A stretch of DNA of 64,000 nucleotides, taken from NCBI GenBank assembly GCA_943369595.1, contig CALRNU020000009.1, positions 26,346-90,345 of the forward strand, given 5' to 3'. The DNA is from Synechococcus sp. UW140 (GTDB lineage Bacteria; Cyanobacteriota; Cyanobacteriia; PCC-6307; Cyanobiaceae). Shown here piece by piece: positions 45,100 through 53,989 of this stretch. A model generated the notes under the pieces. It was not told where the DNA came from. It did no database searches and saw nothing but the letters and a program-made list of their open reading frames with translations. Each line of letters opens with the position of its first letter. Within the stretch, counting starts at the first letter, position 1. The position numbers were made by a program, and so were the translations under genes.

Positions 45100-46071
45100 A
45101 TGAAATTTTTTAGTCACCTGCTGCTTGCCCTATTTGTTTTTTCAGGCAGTGCGGTTATTGCTGCTGAACAGTCCTTGCAAAGGGCCCGTTTGAGGATCTT
45201 GGCCTCCTACGGCCAGCCCCTCGCCCATGAGGGGCCTGTGCTTGTGCCTGAACGTGATGAGTTATTTTTTACCTCTAATCGCTTGAGGCGGACAGACGGC
45301 AGTCAATACGTAGTAGTTTCTGCATTCCAGTTAACCCAGGGGACCACCCGTAATCTTGGTCTTACTGAATCTATTCCCATGGCCAATGGCGCATTCCGTT
45401 TGGCCAATGGTAATTTAGTTGTGACAATGCAGGGTGATAAAGCCAAGCCTGCCGGCTTGGCTGAATATAATCCCGTTTCAGGTGCTGTTAAGTTCTTGAC
45501 AACCGGTTTTGCGGGTTATCAATTCAACAGTCCAAATGATGTCGTTCAGGCCAACGATTCATCGATTTGGTTCACCGATCCCCAGTATGGATTCGAGCAG
45601 GGATTTAGGCCCAAGCCAACCATTGGGAATTGGGTTTGGCGGCTCCAGCCTGAAACTGGCATTCAGCGCCTTCTAATTGATGGCTTCTCAAAGCCAAACG
45701 GCATAGCTTTTAGTCGCGATCAGAAGTATGTGTATGTGACCGACTCTGGCTATATAGCCGGAAATGGGGCCACGAATAGCGTTTTGCCCCGTACGATTTA
45801 TCGTTTTAGGCTTACTGAATCTTCCGAGGGGATTTTTGCAGGCGAGCGCATTGTTTTTTGCGTGGTCACCAAGGGTATTCCCGATGGCTTAAAGGTTGAC
45901 GAGTTCGGTAGGGTTTGGACCGGCACCGGAGCCGGTCTTGAGGTGTTTGCCAATGATGGCACTCCCTTGGCGGTGATTCCAGTACCAGGCGGTGTTAGCA
46001 ACTTTGCCCTAGCCCCTGATGGGGGCGCCTATGTGATGGGTGAGACGAAGCTCTACCGCCTCGATCTCTAG
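45100..46071 (+). CDS. SMP-30/gluconolactonase/LRE-family protein with a signal peptide
   Basis: ATG at 45100 (MKFFSHLLLALFVFSGSAVIAAEQ). FNSPNDVV...WFTDPQYG, PNGIAFSRDQKYVYVTDS, PDGLKVDEFGRVW. The track ORF from 44983 is an extension overlapping gdh. Confidence 0.8.
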   Translation: MKFFSHLLLALFVFSGSAVIAAEQSLQRARLRILASYGQPLAHEGPVLVPERDELFFTSNRLRRTDGSQYVVVSAFQLTQGTTRNLGLTESIPMANGAFRLANGNLVVTMQGDKAKPAGLAEYNPVSGAVKFLTTGFAGYQFNSPNDVVQANDSSIWFTDPQYGFEQGFRPKPTIGNWVWRLQPETGIQRLLIDGFSKPNGIAFSRDQKYVYVTDSGYIAGNGATNSVLPRTIYRFRLTESSEGIFAGERIVFCVVTKGIPDGLKVDEFGRVWTGTGAGLEVFANDGTPLAVIPVPGGVSNFALAPDGGAYVMGETKLYRLDL

Positions 46072-46313
46072 GCTCTGGTCGTTCTCCGGCTGGTTCTTAG
46101 CGGCAGAGTTCTGACCTGTCCTCACCTTGGGTGGAAAAAGGGCCGCAGCTTACCCAGCGCACCACATGGATTTCCACGTCTGTGAAGGCCACCAGTGCTC
46201 CAACCACGATGGCCCCAACGCCTAAGAGGATGGTCCAGGTTTTTGTTTGGTTGCCCAAGCTCAGATGTTCTGCTGGGGGAACCTTAGGCAATGCTCTGGC
46301 CCCCTGGCCCCCA

Positions 46314-46946
46314 TTACCAGTATTTTGATAGTCCAGAACCTGACCAGAGCCCTTTAATGGCGCTGGCATCAACCTTTTCCAGGGTTGGTATTCGCCCCAA
46401 TATCTGCACCTTGCCAATGCTTTGCAGGCTGGCTTCATTGGCTGGATGGGGCTGGCCGTTTACTACTACCCCCAGCAGGTGAATCCGACGCCGCTCGAGG
46501 GCTTCCAAGGACAGCAGGCTGTGGTTGAGCGTCCCCAGGCCCGTGCGTGTAACCAGCACCACAGGTAAGCCCCAGCGTTGGAGCATTTCTATCTGTAGTA
46601 AATCGTGGCGCAGGGGCACTAGTAAGCCTCCGGCCAACTCCACCACCAGGCTCCCTTGTACGACCGGTAAGTTCAATTGACTTTCGTTCAGGCTTATGCC
46701 TTCTGCGGCGGCAGCCTGATGGGGGGATGCTGGTTGCTTGAGTTTGTAGGCCTCCGGCAGGATCCGCCCAGTTTTAGCTGCTGTGAGCGCTTGCACTTGG
46801 CCGCTGTCTCCGCCGCTGGCCAGCTCGCCACATTGCACCGGTTTCCAGTAGCTGGCTTGCAACCCCTGCACCAGCACGGCACTTACAAGGGTTTTACCCA
46901 CATCTGTATCGGTGCCGCAAACCACTAATCGCCGGGGCAGGTTCAT
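46314..46946 (-). CDS. bioD: Dethiobiotin synthase
   Basis: VCGTDTDVGKT P-loop and BioD-like length (210 aa). Its start overlaps the bioC stop (ATGA). Confidence 0.9.
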   Translation of the reverse strand: MNLPRRLVVCGTDTDVGKTLVSAVLVQGLQASYWKPVQCGELASGGDSGQVQALTAAKTGRILPEAYKLKQPASPHQAAAAEGISLNESQLNLPVVQGSLVVELAGGLLVPLRHDLLQIEMLQRWGLPVVLVTRTGLGTLNHSLLSLEALERRRIHLLGVVVNGQPHPANEASLQSIGKVQILGRIPTLEKVDASAIKGLWSGSGLSKYW

Positions 46947-47713
46947 GGCTTTTGCCTTGGTTTTTGGGCCAGGATTATTTGCAGGTCCCAGTTAACCCGG
47001 ATACCGCTGCTGCTTGGTTGGGGCCAATGTTTCAGCAGCTGGCGGCATTCGCTAATTCCTAGGGGCTTCCCGCCCCCTCCATGGACCCCTAGCTGCTTTA
47101 GTTCCCTAAGAAACTGCAGGGGTGAGCCATAGGGCCGGGTAAAGCGCAGCAGTTTGCAGCTTTGCAATTGCAGGCTCCCCTTAATTGTTTTTGTTAGATC
47201 CTCGGGTTCGGGTAGCCCTAGGGCGGTGCAAGCCACCCCTGCCCGCTGGGCGGCCTGGTGCCATCCCGTAAAGCTGCCGGCCACGGGTACCAGCAGTGCC
47301 AACCAGCCTGTGGGCGCCAGGGCCCTGCCCCACAGCTCCAGTTGGCTTAGGGGTGCGTCTAGCCAATGCAAGGCAAAGCTGCTCATCAGCAGGGCTGCCC
47401 CCTGGGCTGCATCAGGTAGCCCTTGGTTTAGGTCCCAGAGCAGCCTTTGCCCCCTGGGGGCTGAGGCCTCAGCCAGCAGCTCCGCACAGTCGTCTACTAA
47501 CAGGGGTTGGAGTTCTGGCCGCTGCTGCCGCAGGGCCTTGGCCAGATTGCCGGGGCCGGCGCCGAGGTCTAGCACTGGCCCCGGCGGCAGGGGCAAGGCC
47601 TTGCAAAGTTGGGCTAGGCGCCACGCAACGGCCTGCTGCAGCCGAGCTTGCTTGGCGTAGGTGGGGGCTGCGCTGGCAAAGGCCTGGCGTCGATCAATAC
47701 CCACGGCAGTCAC
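46943..47713 (-). CDS. bioC: Malonyl-[ACP] O-methyltransferase (class I SAM methyltransferase)
   Basis: YAKQARLQQAVAWRL..., VLDLGAGPGNL SAM motif, and position between the esterase gene and bioD. I trimmed to the GTG at 47713, which overlaps the upstream stop (GTGA). The 68-codon extension in the track is Arg/Pro/Gly-rich and not BioC-like. Confidence 0.8.
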   Translation of the reverse strand: MTAVGIDRRQAFASAAPTYAKQARLQQAVAWRLAQLCKALPLPPGPVLDLGAGPGNLAKALRQQRPELQPLLVDDCAELLAEASAPRGQRLLWDLNQGLPDAAQGAALLMSSFALHWLDAPLSQLELWGRALAPTGWLALLVPVAGSFTGWHQAAQRAGVACTALGLPEPEDLTKTIKGSLQLQSCKLLRFTRPYGSPLQFLRELKQLGVHGGGGKPLGISECRQLLKHWPQPSSSGIRVNWDLQIILAQKPRQKP

Positions 47714-48399
47714 TGCTGCCCCAACCAATCCAGTAGCTGCTCCGCCAGGGCGGGCACCAACAAACTGTGGCCGATGCCTGGCAGGCTGCGCAGGCTGGCC
47801 TGGGGCAGGGCCGTTCGCAGGGCCTGGCGGCTGAGCGGATGCACAATCGCGTCGGCCTCGGCCTCCACAATCAAAACCGCTGCCCCCTTTGGGAAGGCCT
47901 CGGGCAGGCCGGTGCACTGGCTTAGCAGGGCCAGATCCTCAATTAGCCGCTGGCGACCCTTCGCTGCAACCGGCCCGTCCTCCACCCCGGCGGGCAGATT
48001 TTCTACCGATTGCGGGGCAGCCACTTGAACCCGGAAGTCCTCAAATAATTCCTGAACCTCCCCCCGTTCCAGCCTTGCCGCCATGGCTTGAAGGGCCATG
48101 GCCAGGCTCCGTCCGGCGGGGCCTGGGGGCAGGAAGCTTCCGAAACTGGCCAGCAGCAGGATCACCTCGGCGCTGGCCAGGGGCCCGGGGGGCACCAGGT
48201 GTAGGCCCAGGGAATGGACCACCAGGGCGCGCCTGCCTCTGGCGGCCCAGCCTGGACTGGCTGCTGGGAAGCGCCCATAGCCTCGCTCGTGGCATTGCAG
48301 GCCCCAGCCCCGTTGCTCACACAGCGGCCGCCAGGGGTCCCAGCAGCGCTGGTCGCTGCCCCAGCCATGCACCGCCAGCAGTTGCCAGGGCTCAGCCAA
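47710..48399 (-). CDS. bioK: Alpha/beta-hydrolase, probable pimeloyl-[ACP] methyl ester esterase (BioK-type by context)
   Basis: LLAVHGWGSD, nucleophile elbow VHSLGLH, and a C-terminal GIGHSL. It sits between bioF and bioC, the position reported for the cyanobacterial BioK esterase. TTG start overlapping the bioF stop. The symbol is assigned by context only. Confidence 0.62.
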   Translation of the reverse strand: MAEPWQLLAVHGWGSDQRCWDPWRPLCEQRGWGLQCHERGYGRFPAASPGWAARGRRALVVHSLGLHLVPPGPLASAEVILLLASFGSFLPPGPAGRSLAMALQAMAARLERGEVQELFEDFRVQVAAPQSVENLPAGVEDGPVAAKGRQRLIEDLALLSQCTGLPEAFPKGAAVLIVEAEADAIVHPLSRQALRTALPQASLRSLPGIGHSLLVPALAEQLLDWLGQQ

Positions 48400-49528
48400 G
48401 CGGTTTATCTAGAGCTGCCAGCATTCTCGCCAACGTTGGTTCCGGCAGACCTGGCCGCAGGCTGATGCGCAGCCGGGCTTCCCCCTCGGGCACGGTGGGT
48501 GGCCTGATGGCCACCACCAGCAGCCCTGTGGCCTCCAGTTGGGCTTGGAGCCCCAGGGCAAGGCCGTCACTGCCCACCTTCAGGGCAAGGATCGGCCCCT
48601 GGCCCGGCGGCCGGGGCCAGCCGGCGGCCTCTAGCTGATCACGCCAGTGCTCCCCAGCAGCGGCTAGCTCAGTGCGGGCCCGATCCCCATAGGACCCGGC
48701 AATCAATTCGAGGCTGGCCCGGGCCGCCGCCGCCAGGGCCGGCGCCAGGGCGGTGCTGTAACGGAAGGCCCCACTGGTTTGCAAAAGGTGCTCCCCCAGC
48801 TGCCCATCGCAGGCCAGGAAGGCCCCGCCACTGCCAAAGGCCTTGCCGAAGGTGCCACTGATCAGGCTCACCCCCGCCAGGCCATGGCCGAGGCCGCGAC
48901 CGCCGGGGCCCAGGATCCCTAAGGCATGGGCCTCATCCAATAAAAGCTTTGCCCCGTGCCGTTGGCAGAGGCCTGCCAGGGCGGGCAGGTTTGGGCTGGT
49001 GCCTTCCATGCTGAATAGGCTCTCGCTCACCACCAAGAGCCGGCGCTGGCCATCGCCCTGGCGGGCTCGCCCCAGCCGCTGTTCCAGATCTGCCAGGTCG
49101 TTGTGGGCAAAGCGCTGGAGCCGCGCCCCACAGGCCTGCACCCCCACCAGTAAGGAGTGGTGGATCAGCCGATCGGCTATCACAAGGGTGTGGCGATCGG
49201 CCAGGGCGGCTAGGGCGGCGATATTTGCCTGGAAACCGCTGGGGAAAAGCAGCACCCGCCCGCGCCCCAGCCAGGAGGCTAGGGCTTGCTCCAGTTGGTC
49301 ATGGTCCGGTCGGCTGCCACTCACCAGCCGTGAGGCGGCTGCCCCCACGCCGCTGGCTTCGATGGCGGCCTGGGCCGCTTGCACCAGGGCTGGGTGACGG
49401 CTTAGGGCGAGGGTGTCGTTGCTGGCGAGGTCAAGTAGCTCGCTGCCGCCGGCGGTTTTGAGCAGCCCAGGGGCGCTGGCGGCAAACACCCTTAGCTGGC
49501 GCCGCCGCTGGGGGTGTGGGTCAGCCAT
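48392..49528 (-). CDS. bioF: 8-amino-7-oxononanoate synthase
   Basis: PLP alpha-oxoamine synthase blocks (SNDTLALS, DEAHALG, GTFGKAFGSGGA). I chose the ATG at 49528 (MADPHPQRRRQLRVF). Confidence 0.9.
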   Translation of the reverse strand: MADPHPQRRRQLRVFAASAPGLLKTAGGSELLDLASNDTLALSRHPALVQAAQAAIEASGVGAAASRLVSGSRPDHDQLEQALASWLGRGRVLLFPSGFQANIAALAALADRHTLVIADRLIHHSLLVGVQACGARLQRFAHNDLADLEQRLGRARQGDGQRRLLVVSESLFSMEGTSPNLPALAGLCQRHGAKLLLDEAHALGILGPGGRGLGHGLAGVSLISGTFGKAFGSGGAFLACDGQLGEHLLQTSGAFRYSTALAPALAAAARASLELIAGSYGDRARTELAAAGEHWRDQLEAAGWPRPPGQGPILALKVGSDGLALGLQAQLEATGLLVVAIRPPTVPEGEARLRISLRPGLPEPTLARMLAALDKPLG

Positions 49529-49539
49529 AGGATTGATCC

Positions 49540-52311
49540 ATGACTGTGACCGCCGCTGCCGCTGCCACCGGCGGGACCTTAGATCCCTCACAGCTGTTTC
49601 CCTTCCCCCTGGATGGGTTCCAGCTGGAGGCCATTGATGCCCTGAACCAGGGCCATTCCGTTGTGGTGAGTGCCCCCACCGGCTCGGGAAAAACCTTAAT
49701 TGGGGAATACGCCATCTATCGCGCCCTGGCCCATGGCCAAAGGGTGTTCTACACCACCCCGCTGAAGGCCCTCTCCAACCAGAAGCTGCGAGATTTCCGG
49801 GCCCAGTTCGGCAATGACCAGGTGGGTCTGATGACCGGCGACCTCACCGCCAACCGGGAGGCTCCCATCGTGGTGATGACCACCGAGATCTTCCGCAACA
49901 TGCTTTATGCGGAACTCGATGGGGACGAGGACCCCCTGGAGGGGGTGGAGGCGGTGGTGCTTGATGAATGCCACTACATGAATGATTCCCAGCGGGGCAC
50001 GGTGTGGGAAGAATCGATCATCCATTGCCCCCCCCCCATTCAGCTGGTGGCCCTATCGGCCACGGTGGCCAATGCCGGTCAACTCACCGATTGGATTGAG
50101 CAAGTGCATGGGCCCACCGACCTGATTGTTAGCAATTTCCGGCCGGTGCCCCTGCAGTTCAGTTTTTGCAGTGCCAAAGGTTTGCATCCGCTGCTGAATG
50201 AGGCGGGCACTGGTTTACATCCCAACTGCAAGGTTTGGCGGGCGCCCAAGGGGCACCAGCGCAAGGGCAAAACCCCTAAACCGCCCCAGCCAGAGGCCCC
50301 CAGCCTCGGTTTTGTGGTGGCCCAGCTGGCCGAACGGCAGATGTTGCCGGCGATTGTTTTCCTATTTAGCCGCCGTGGTTGCGATAAGGCCGTGCGGGAT
50401 CTGGCCAAGGCGTCTTTGGTTAATGAGGCCGAAGCGGCAAGGTTGCTGCAACGGGTTGAGGCCTTTGCTGAAAACTCTCCGGAGGCGGTGCGGGATGGCG
50501 GCCATGCGGATGCCCTATTGCGGGGGGTGGCTGCCCACCATGCCGGGGTGTTGCCGGCCTGGAAGGAACTGATCGAGGAGCTGTTCCAGGAGGGCTTGGT
50601 GAAGGTGGTGTTCGCCACTGAAACCCTGGCGGCTGGCATCAACATGCCGGCCCGTACCACAGTCATTTCAGCCCTTTCCAAGCGCACGGAGAATGGCCAC
50701 CGGCCGCTGATGGCCAGTGAGTTCCTGCAGATGGCCGGCCGGGCCGGTCGCCGCGGCCTTGATGTGCAGGGTTATGTGGTCACAGTGCAGAGCCGTTTTG
50801 AAGGGGTGCGGGAGGCGGGTCAGTTGGCTACCAGCCCCCCCGATCCCCTGGTAAGCCAGTTCACGCCCAGCTACGGCATGGTGCTGAATCTGCTGCAGCG
50901 CTATGAATTACCAAAGGCGAAGGAACTGGTTGAACGCAGCTTTGGCCGTTATCTAGCCACCCTTGATCTGGTGGACGACCAGGCCCGAATCAGTGAATTG
51001 CGCGGGCAATTGGAACAGATCGGTGAAACCGCCACCGATGTGCCCTGGGAAGACTTTGAAGACTATGAAAAACAACGCAGTCGCCTGCGGGAGGAACGGA
51101 GATTGCTGCGCATCCTGCAGCAACAGGCGGAGGAAACCCTTGCCCATGAGCTCACCCTCGCTTTGCAATTTGCCAGCCCAGGCACCCTGGTGAGTCTCAA
51201 GGCCCCCCAGTTGCGCGGTGGTGTGTCGCCAGCGGTGATTGTGGAAAAGCTGGAGGGGCCTGGTCAGTACCCCTTGCTGCTCTGCCTCACCGATGAAAAC
51301 GTTTGGATTGTGGTGCCCTGCCATGCGGTGGTTTGCATCCATGCCGAATTGAGCTGCCTGCAGGTGCAAAACATCCCGGCGCCGATGTTGGAGCATGCCG
51401 GTGAACTACGCCATGGGGACCAGCCCAGCGGTGGGCTTGCCCTGGCGGTGGGGTCGATGGCCCGCCGCCACGACATGCACACCCCCCAGTACGACCTGGC
51501 CGGGGAGGTGCAGGAACAGTCGCGGTTGGTGCATGGTCTTGAGGAGGAGTTGGAAATCCATCCGGCCCACCGGTGGGGGGATCGCCGCCAGCTGAAGAAA
51601 CAACGGCGGCGCATGGAGGAGCTGGAGGAGGAGATTGCCGAACGGCAGCGGCTGCTGCACCACAGGGCCAATCGCCATTGGGAAACCTTCCTGGCTTTGA
51701 TTGAAATCCTGCGCCATTTCGGCTGCCTTGATGAACTCGAACCCACCGAGATCGGTCGCACCGTGGCGGCCCTAAGGGGGGACAACGAGCTCTGGCTGGG
51801 CTTGGCGCTGATGAGTGGTCATTTTGATGAATTGGCCCCCGCCGATTTGGCCGCCGCCCTGGAGGCAATCTCCACGGAGGTGAGCCGGCCGGATCTGTGG
51901 AGTGGTTTTCCGCCACCGCCCCTGGCGGAGGAGGCCCTCCACGACCTGCGCGGCCTGCGGCGCGAATTGCTGCGCCTGCAGGAACACCACGATGTGGTGG
52001 TGCCGGTGTGGTGGGAGCCCGACCTGATGGGGGTGGTGAAGGCCTGGGCCGAGGGCGAAAGCTGGAGTGATCTGATTGCCAACACCTCCCTCGATGAAGG
52101 CGATGTGGTGCGTTTAATGCGCCGCACGGTGGATCTCCTCGCCCAATTGCCCTATTGCCCGGCCATAAGTGAGGAACTCAGGCGCAATGGCCGCCGGGCC
52201 CTACAGATGATCAACCGTTTCCCTGTGAAGGAAAATCTGCCTGGGGTGGAAGCGGATGGCCTCAACCCCGCCACCAAGCGGGTGGTGGTTGAAGGGCAGA
52301 GTGATGGCTAA
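49540..52311 (+). CDS. Ski2-like DExH-box RNA helicase (HelY-type, C-terminal DSHCT-like region)
   Basis: SAPTGSGKT (Walker A), VVLDECHYM (DExH), SATV, FATETLAAGINMPAR, QMAGRAGRRG. About 920 aa with a long helical C-terminal extension. Confidence 0.9.
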   Translation: MTVTAAAAATGGTLDPSQLFPFPLDGFQLEAIDALNQGHSVVVSAPTGSGKTLIGEYAIYRALAHGQRVFYTTPLKALSNQKLRDFRAQFGNDQVGLMTGDLTANREAPIVVMTTEIFRNMLYAELDGDEDPLEGVEAVVLDECHYMNDSQRGTVWEESIIHCPPPIQLVALSATVANAGQLTDWIEQVHGPTDLIVSNFRPVPLQFSFCSAKGLHPLLNEAGTGLHPNCKVWRAPKGHQRKGKTPKPPQPEAPSLGFVVAQLAERQMLPAIVFLFSRRGCDKAVRDLAKASLVNEAEAARLLQRVEAFAENSPEAVRDGGHADALLRGVAAHHAGVLPAWKELIEELFQEGLVKVVFATETLAAGINMPARTTVISALSKRTENGHRPLMASEFLQMAGRAGRRGLDVQGYVVTVQSRFEGVREAGQLATSPPDPLVSQFTPSYGMVLNLLQRYELPKAKELVERSFGRYLATLDLVDDQARISELRGQLEQIGETATDVPWEDFEDYEKQRSRLREERRLLRILQQQAEETLAHELTLALQFASPGTLVSLKAPQLRGGVSPAVIVEKLEGPGQYPLLLCLTDENVWIVVPCHAVVCIHAELSCLQVQNIPAPMLEHAGELRHGDQPSGGLALAVGSMARRHDMHTPQYDLAGEVQEQSRLVHGLEEELEIHPAHRWGDRRQLKKQRRRMEELEEEIAERQRLLHHRANRHWETFLALIEILRHFGCLDELEPTEIGRTVAALRGDNELWLGLALMSGHFDELAPADLAAALEAISTEVSRPDLWSGFPPPPLAEEALHDLRGLRRELLRLQEHHDVVVPVWWEPDLMGVVKAWAEGESWSDLIANTSLDEGDVVRLMRRTVDLLAQLPYCPAISEELRRNGRRALQMINRFPVKENLPGVEADGLNPATKRVVVEGQSDG

Positions 52312-52330
52312 AGCAATGGGCCGGCTGTGC

Positions 52331-53626
52331 TCAGATCCCCAGCCTTGCGTAGATGGTGTCTAGCTGGGCCTGGTGCAATTCAGTGCTGAAACATTCAGCC
52401 AACTGGGCAGCATTCAGGTGGCTGGTGATGGCCGGATCGGCCTCGAGCTTGGCGCGGAAATCACCCCCCTCCACATTCCAGGCGCTGTGGGCATGGCCCT
52501 GCACCAGTCGGTAGGCCTCCTCCCGGGCCAAGCCCCTGTCCACAAGGGCCAGCAGCACCCGCTGGCTAAAAACCACCCCGCCATAAAGATTGAGGTTGCG
52601 GGCCATGTTGGCTGGATATACCTGCAGCCCCGCCACCACCTTGGTCATTTCCCGCAGGATGAAATGCAGGGTCACCGACACATCGGGCAGCATCATCCGT
52701 TCCACTGAACTGTGACTGATGTCGCGCTCATGCCACAGGGCCACGTTTTCGAGGGCCGCCACCGTGTAGCTGCGCAGCACCCGGGCCAGGCCACTGATCC
52801 GTTCGCTCCGGATTGGGTTGCGCTTGTGGGGCATGGCGGAACTGCCCTTTTGCCCCTTGGCAAATTCCTCCTCCACCTCCAGCACATCACTGCGCTGCAG
52901 ATTGCGGATTTCCGTGGAGAAGCGTTCCAGCGAGGTACCCACCAGGGCCAGGGTCTGCACGTATTCGGCGTGGCGATCGCGGCCGATCACCTGGGTGCTG
53001 GCGATGTCTGGGCTGAGGCCAAGCAGTTGGCAGGCGATTGCCTCCACCTCGGGGTCGGTGTTGGCATAGGTGCCCATGGCGCCACTGATCTGGCCCACGG
53101 CCACCACCTGCTCCAGCCGCTCCAGCCGCTCGCGGTTGCGTTCGGTTTCCGCCAGCCAGCCGGCCAGCTTGAATCCAAAGGTGATCGGTTCCCCATGGAT
53201 CGCATGGGAGCGGCCGATCATCACAGTGGCTTTGTGGGCCCTGGCCTGCTGGCGGATGGCGGCGGCCAGCTTGTCGAGTTCCTGGCGCAGCAGGGCCACC
53301 GAGGCCTTCAGCTGCAGGGCTAGGCCGGTGTCAAGCACATCGGAGCTGGTCATCCCCACATGGATGTAGCGGCCCGCATCACCCACCTGTTCGTTCACGT
53401 TGGTGAGGAAGGCGATCACGTCGTGGCGCACCTCCGCCTCGATCTCCAGGATCCTTTGCGGGCTGAAGCTGGCCTTGCTTTTGATCTCTGCCAGGGCAGC
53501 CGCCGGCACCCGACCCAGTTGGGCCTGGGCCTCGCAGGCGGCGATCTCCACATCCAGCCAGCTTTGGAACTTGGCCTGCTCTGTCCAGATCCCGCCCATC
53601 TCCGGCAGGGTGTAGCGCTCGATCAA
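52331..53626 (-). CDS. purB: Adenylosuccinate lyase
   Basis: Fumarate-lyase signature SSAMPHKRNP. TTG at 53626 gives (M)IERYTLPEMGGIW, the canonical PurB N-terminus and the usual 431-aa length. The track extension to 53734 is rejected. Confidence 0.93.
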   Translation of the reverse strand: MIERYTLPEMGGIWTEQAKFQSWLDVEIAACEAQAQLGRVPAAALAEIKSKASFSPQRILEIEAEVRHDVIAFLTNVNEQVGDAGRYIHVGMTSSDVLDTGLALQLKASVALLRQELDKLAAAIRQQARAHKATVMIGRSHAIHGEPITFGFKLAGWLAETERNRERLERLEQVVAVGQISGAMGTYANTDPEVEAIACQLLGLSPDIASTQVIGRDRHAEYVQTLALVGTSLERFSTEIRNLQRSDVLEVEEEFAKGQKGSSAMPHKRNPIRSERISGLARVLRSYTVAALENVALWHERDISHSSVERMMLPDVSVTLHFILREMTKVVAGLQVYPANMARNLNLYGGVVFSQRVLLALVDRGLAREEAYRLVQGHAHSAWNVEGGDFRAKLEADPAITSHLNAAQLAECFSTELHQAQLDTIYARLGI

Positions 53627-53652
53627 GGGCCTAGCGGGGGCAATCGGCCAAT

Positions 53653-53892
53653 CTAGCCAGCGTCGCCCATGAGGCTGCGGCGGGACACTTCCCAGTGGAT
53701 GCCATGGCCCCAGGACTGTTGGCGCACCCAGCAACGGCGGCCCTCGCAGCGGATCAACTCAAAGGCCGGCAGGTCTTGGGGATGTTTATTCAGCTTCACA
53801 AAACTGCCCGGCGGCAACGGCGGCGGAAAGGACAGCAACTGCCCGGGGTTAACAACGCTAGGGAGTGCTTGGTTCATTTGCCCCCAGGTCAC
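53653..53892 (-). CDS. Small hypothetical protein (79 aa or shorter)
   Basis: ORF just upstream of purB on the same strand. Non-artefactual composition (FVKLNKHPQDLPAFELIRCEGRRCWVRQQSWGHGIHWEV). I recognise no family. Start uncertain. Confidence 0.4.
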   Translation of the reverse strand: MTWGQMNQALPSVVNPGQLLSFPPPLPPGSFVKLNKHPQDLPAFELIRCEGRRCWVRQQSWGHGIHWEVSRRSLMGDAG

Positions 53893-53989
53893 TGGTCCAA
53901 TCCTCCAGCGGTTTTTCCCTCAAGGGGGTGTCCTTTTGGATTTTCTTCGATTTGAGGTGCTTGTCTGTTTATGGAAACTGCCCCTGCCC

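Larger units (their letters stand above)
25900..46300. other. Low-G+C genomic island of about 20 kb (approximate borders), with no recognisable mobility genes
   Basis: Hand counts: lines 28261-28320 = 23/60 and 36541-36600 = 21/60 G+C, versus 9001-9060 = 36/60 and 47401-47460 = 39/60 in flanking core genes. Codon usage shifts to A/T-ending codons. The left border is right after the fumC start. The right border falls between the lactonase stop (46071) and the bioD stop (46314). Confidence 0.65.

Noticed and set aside
46097-46438. A 113-aa minus-strand ORF at the right island border. Its downstream part (possible TTG start at 46258) would encode a roughly 53-aa peptide with one hydrophobic helix.
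   Set aside because: The upstream half overlaps the 3' end of bioD in another frame. The remainder has only a weak TTG start, no recognisable motif and no RBS that I could see. It may be a real border orphan, but I cannot support it.
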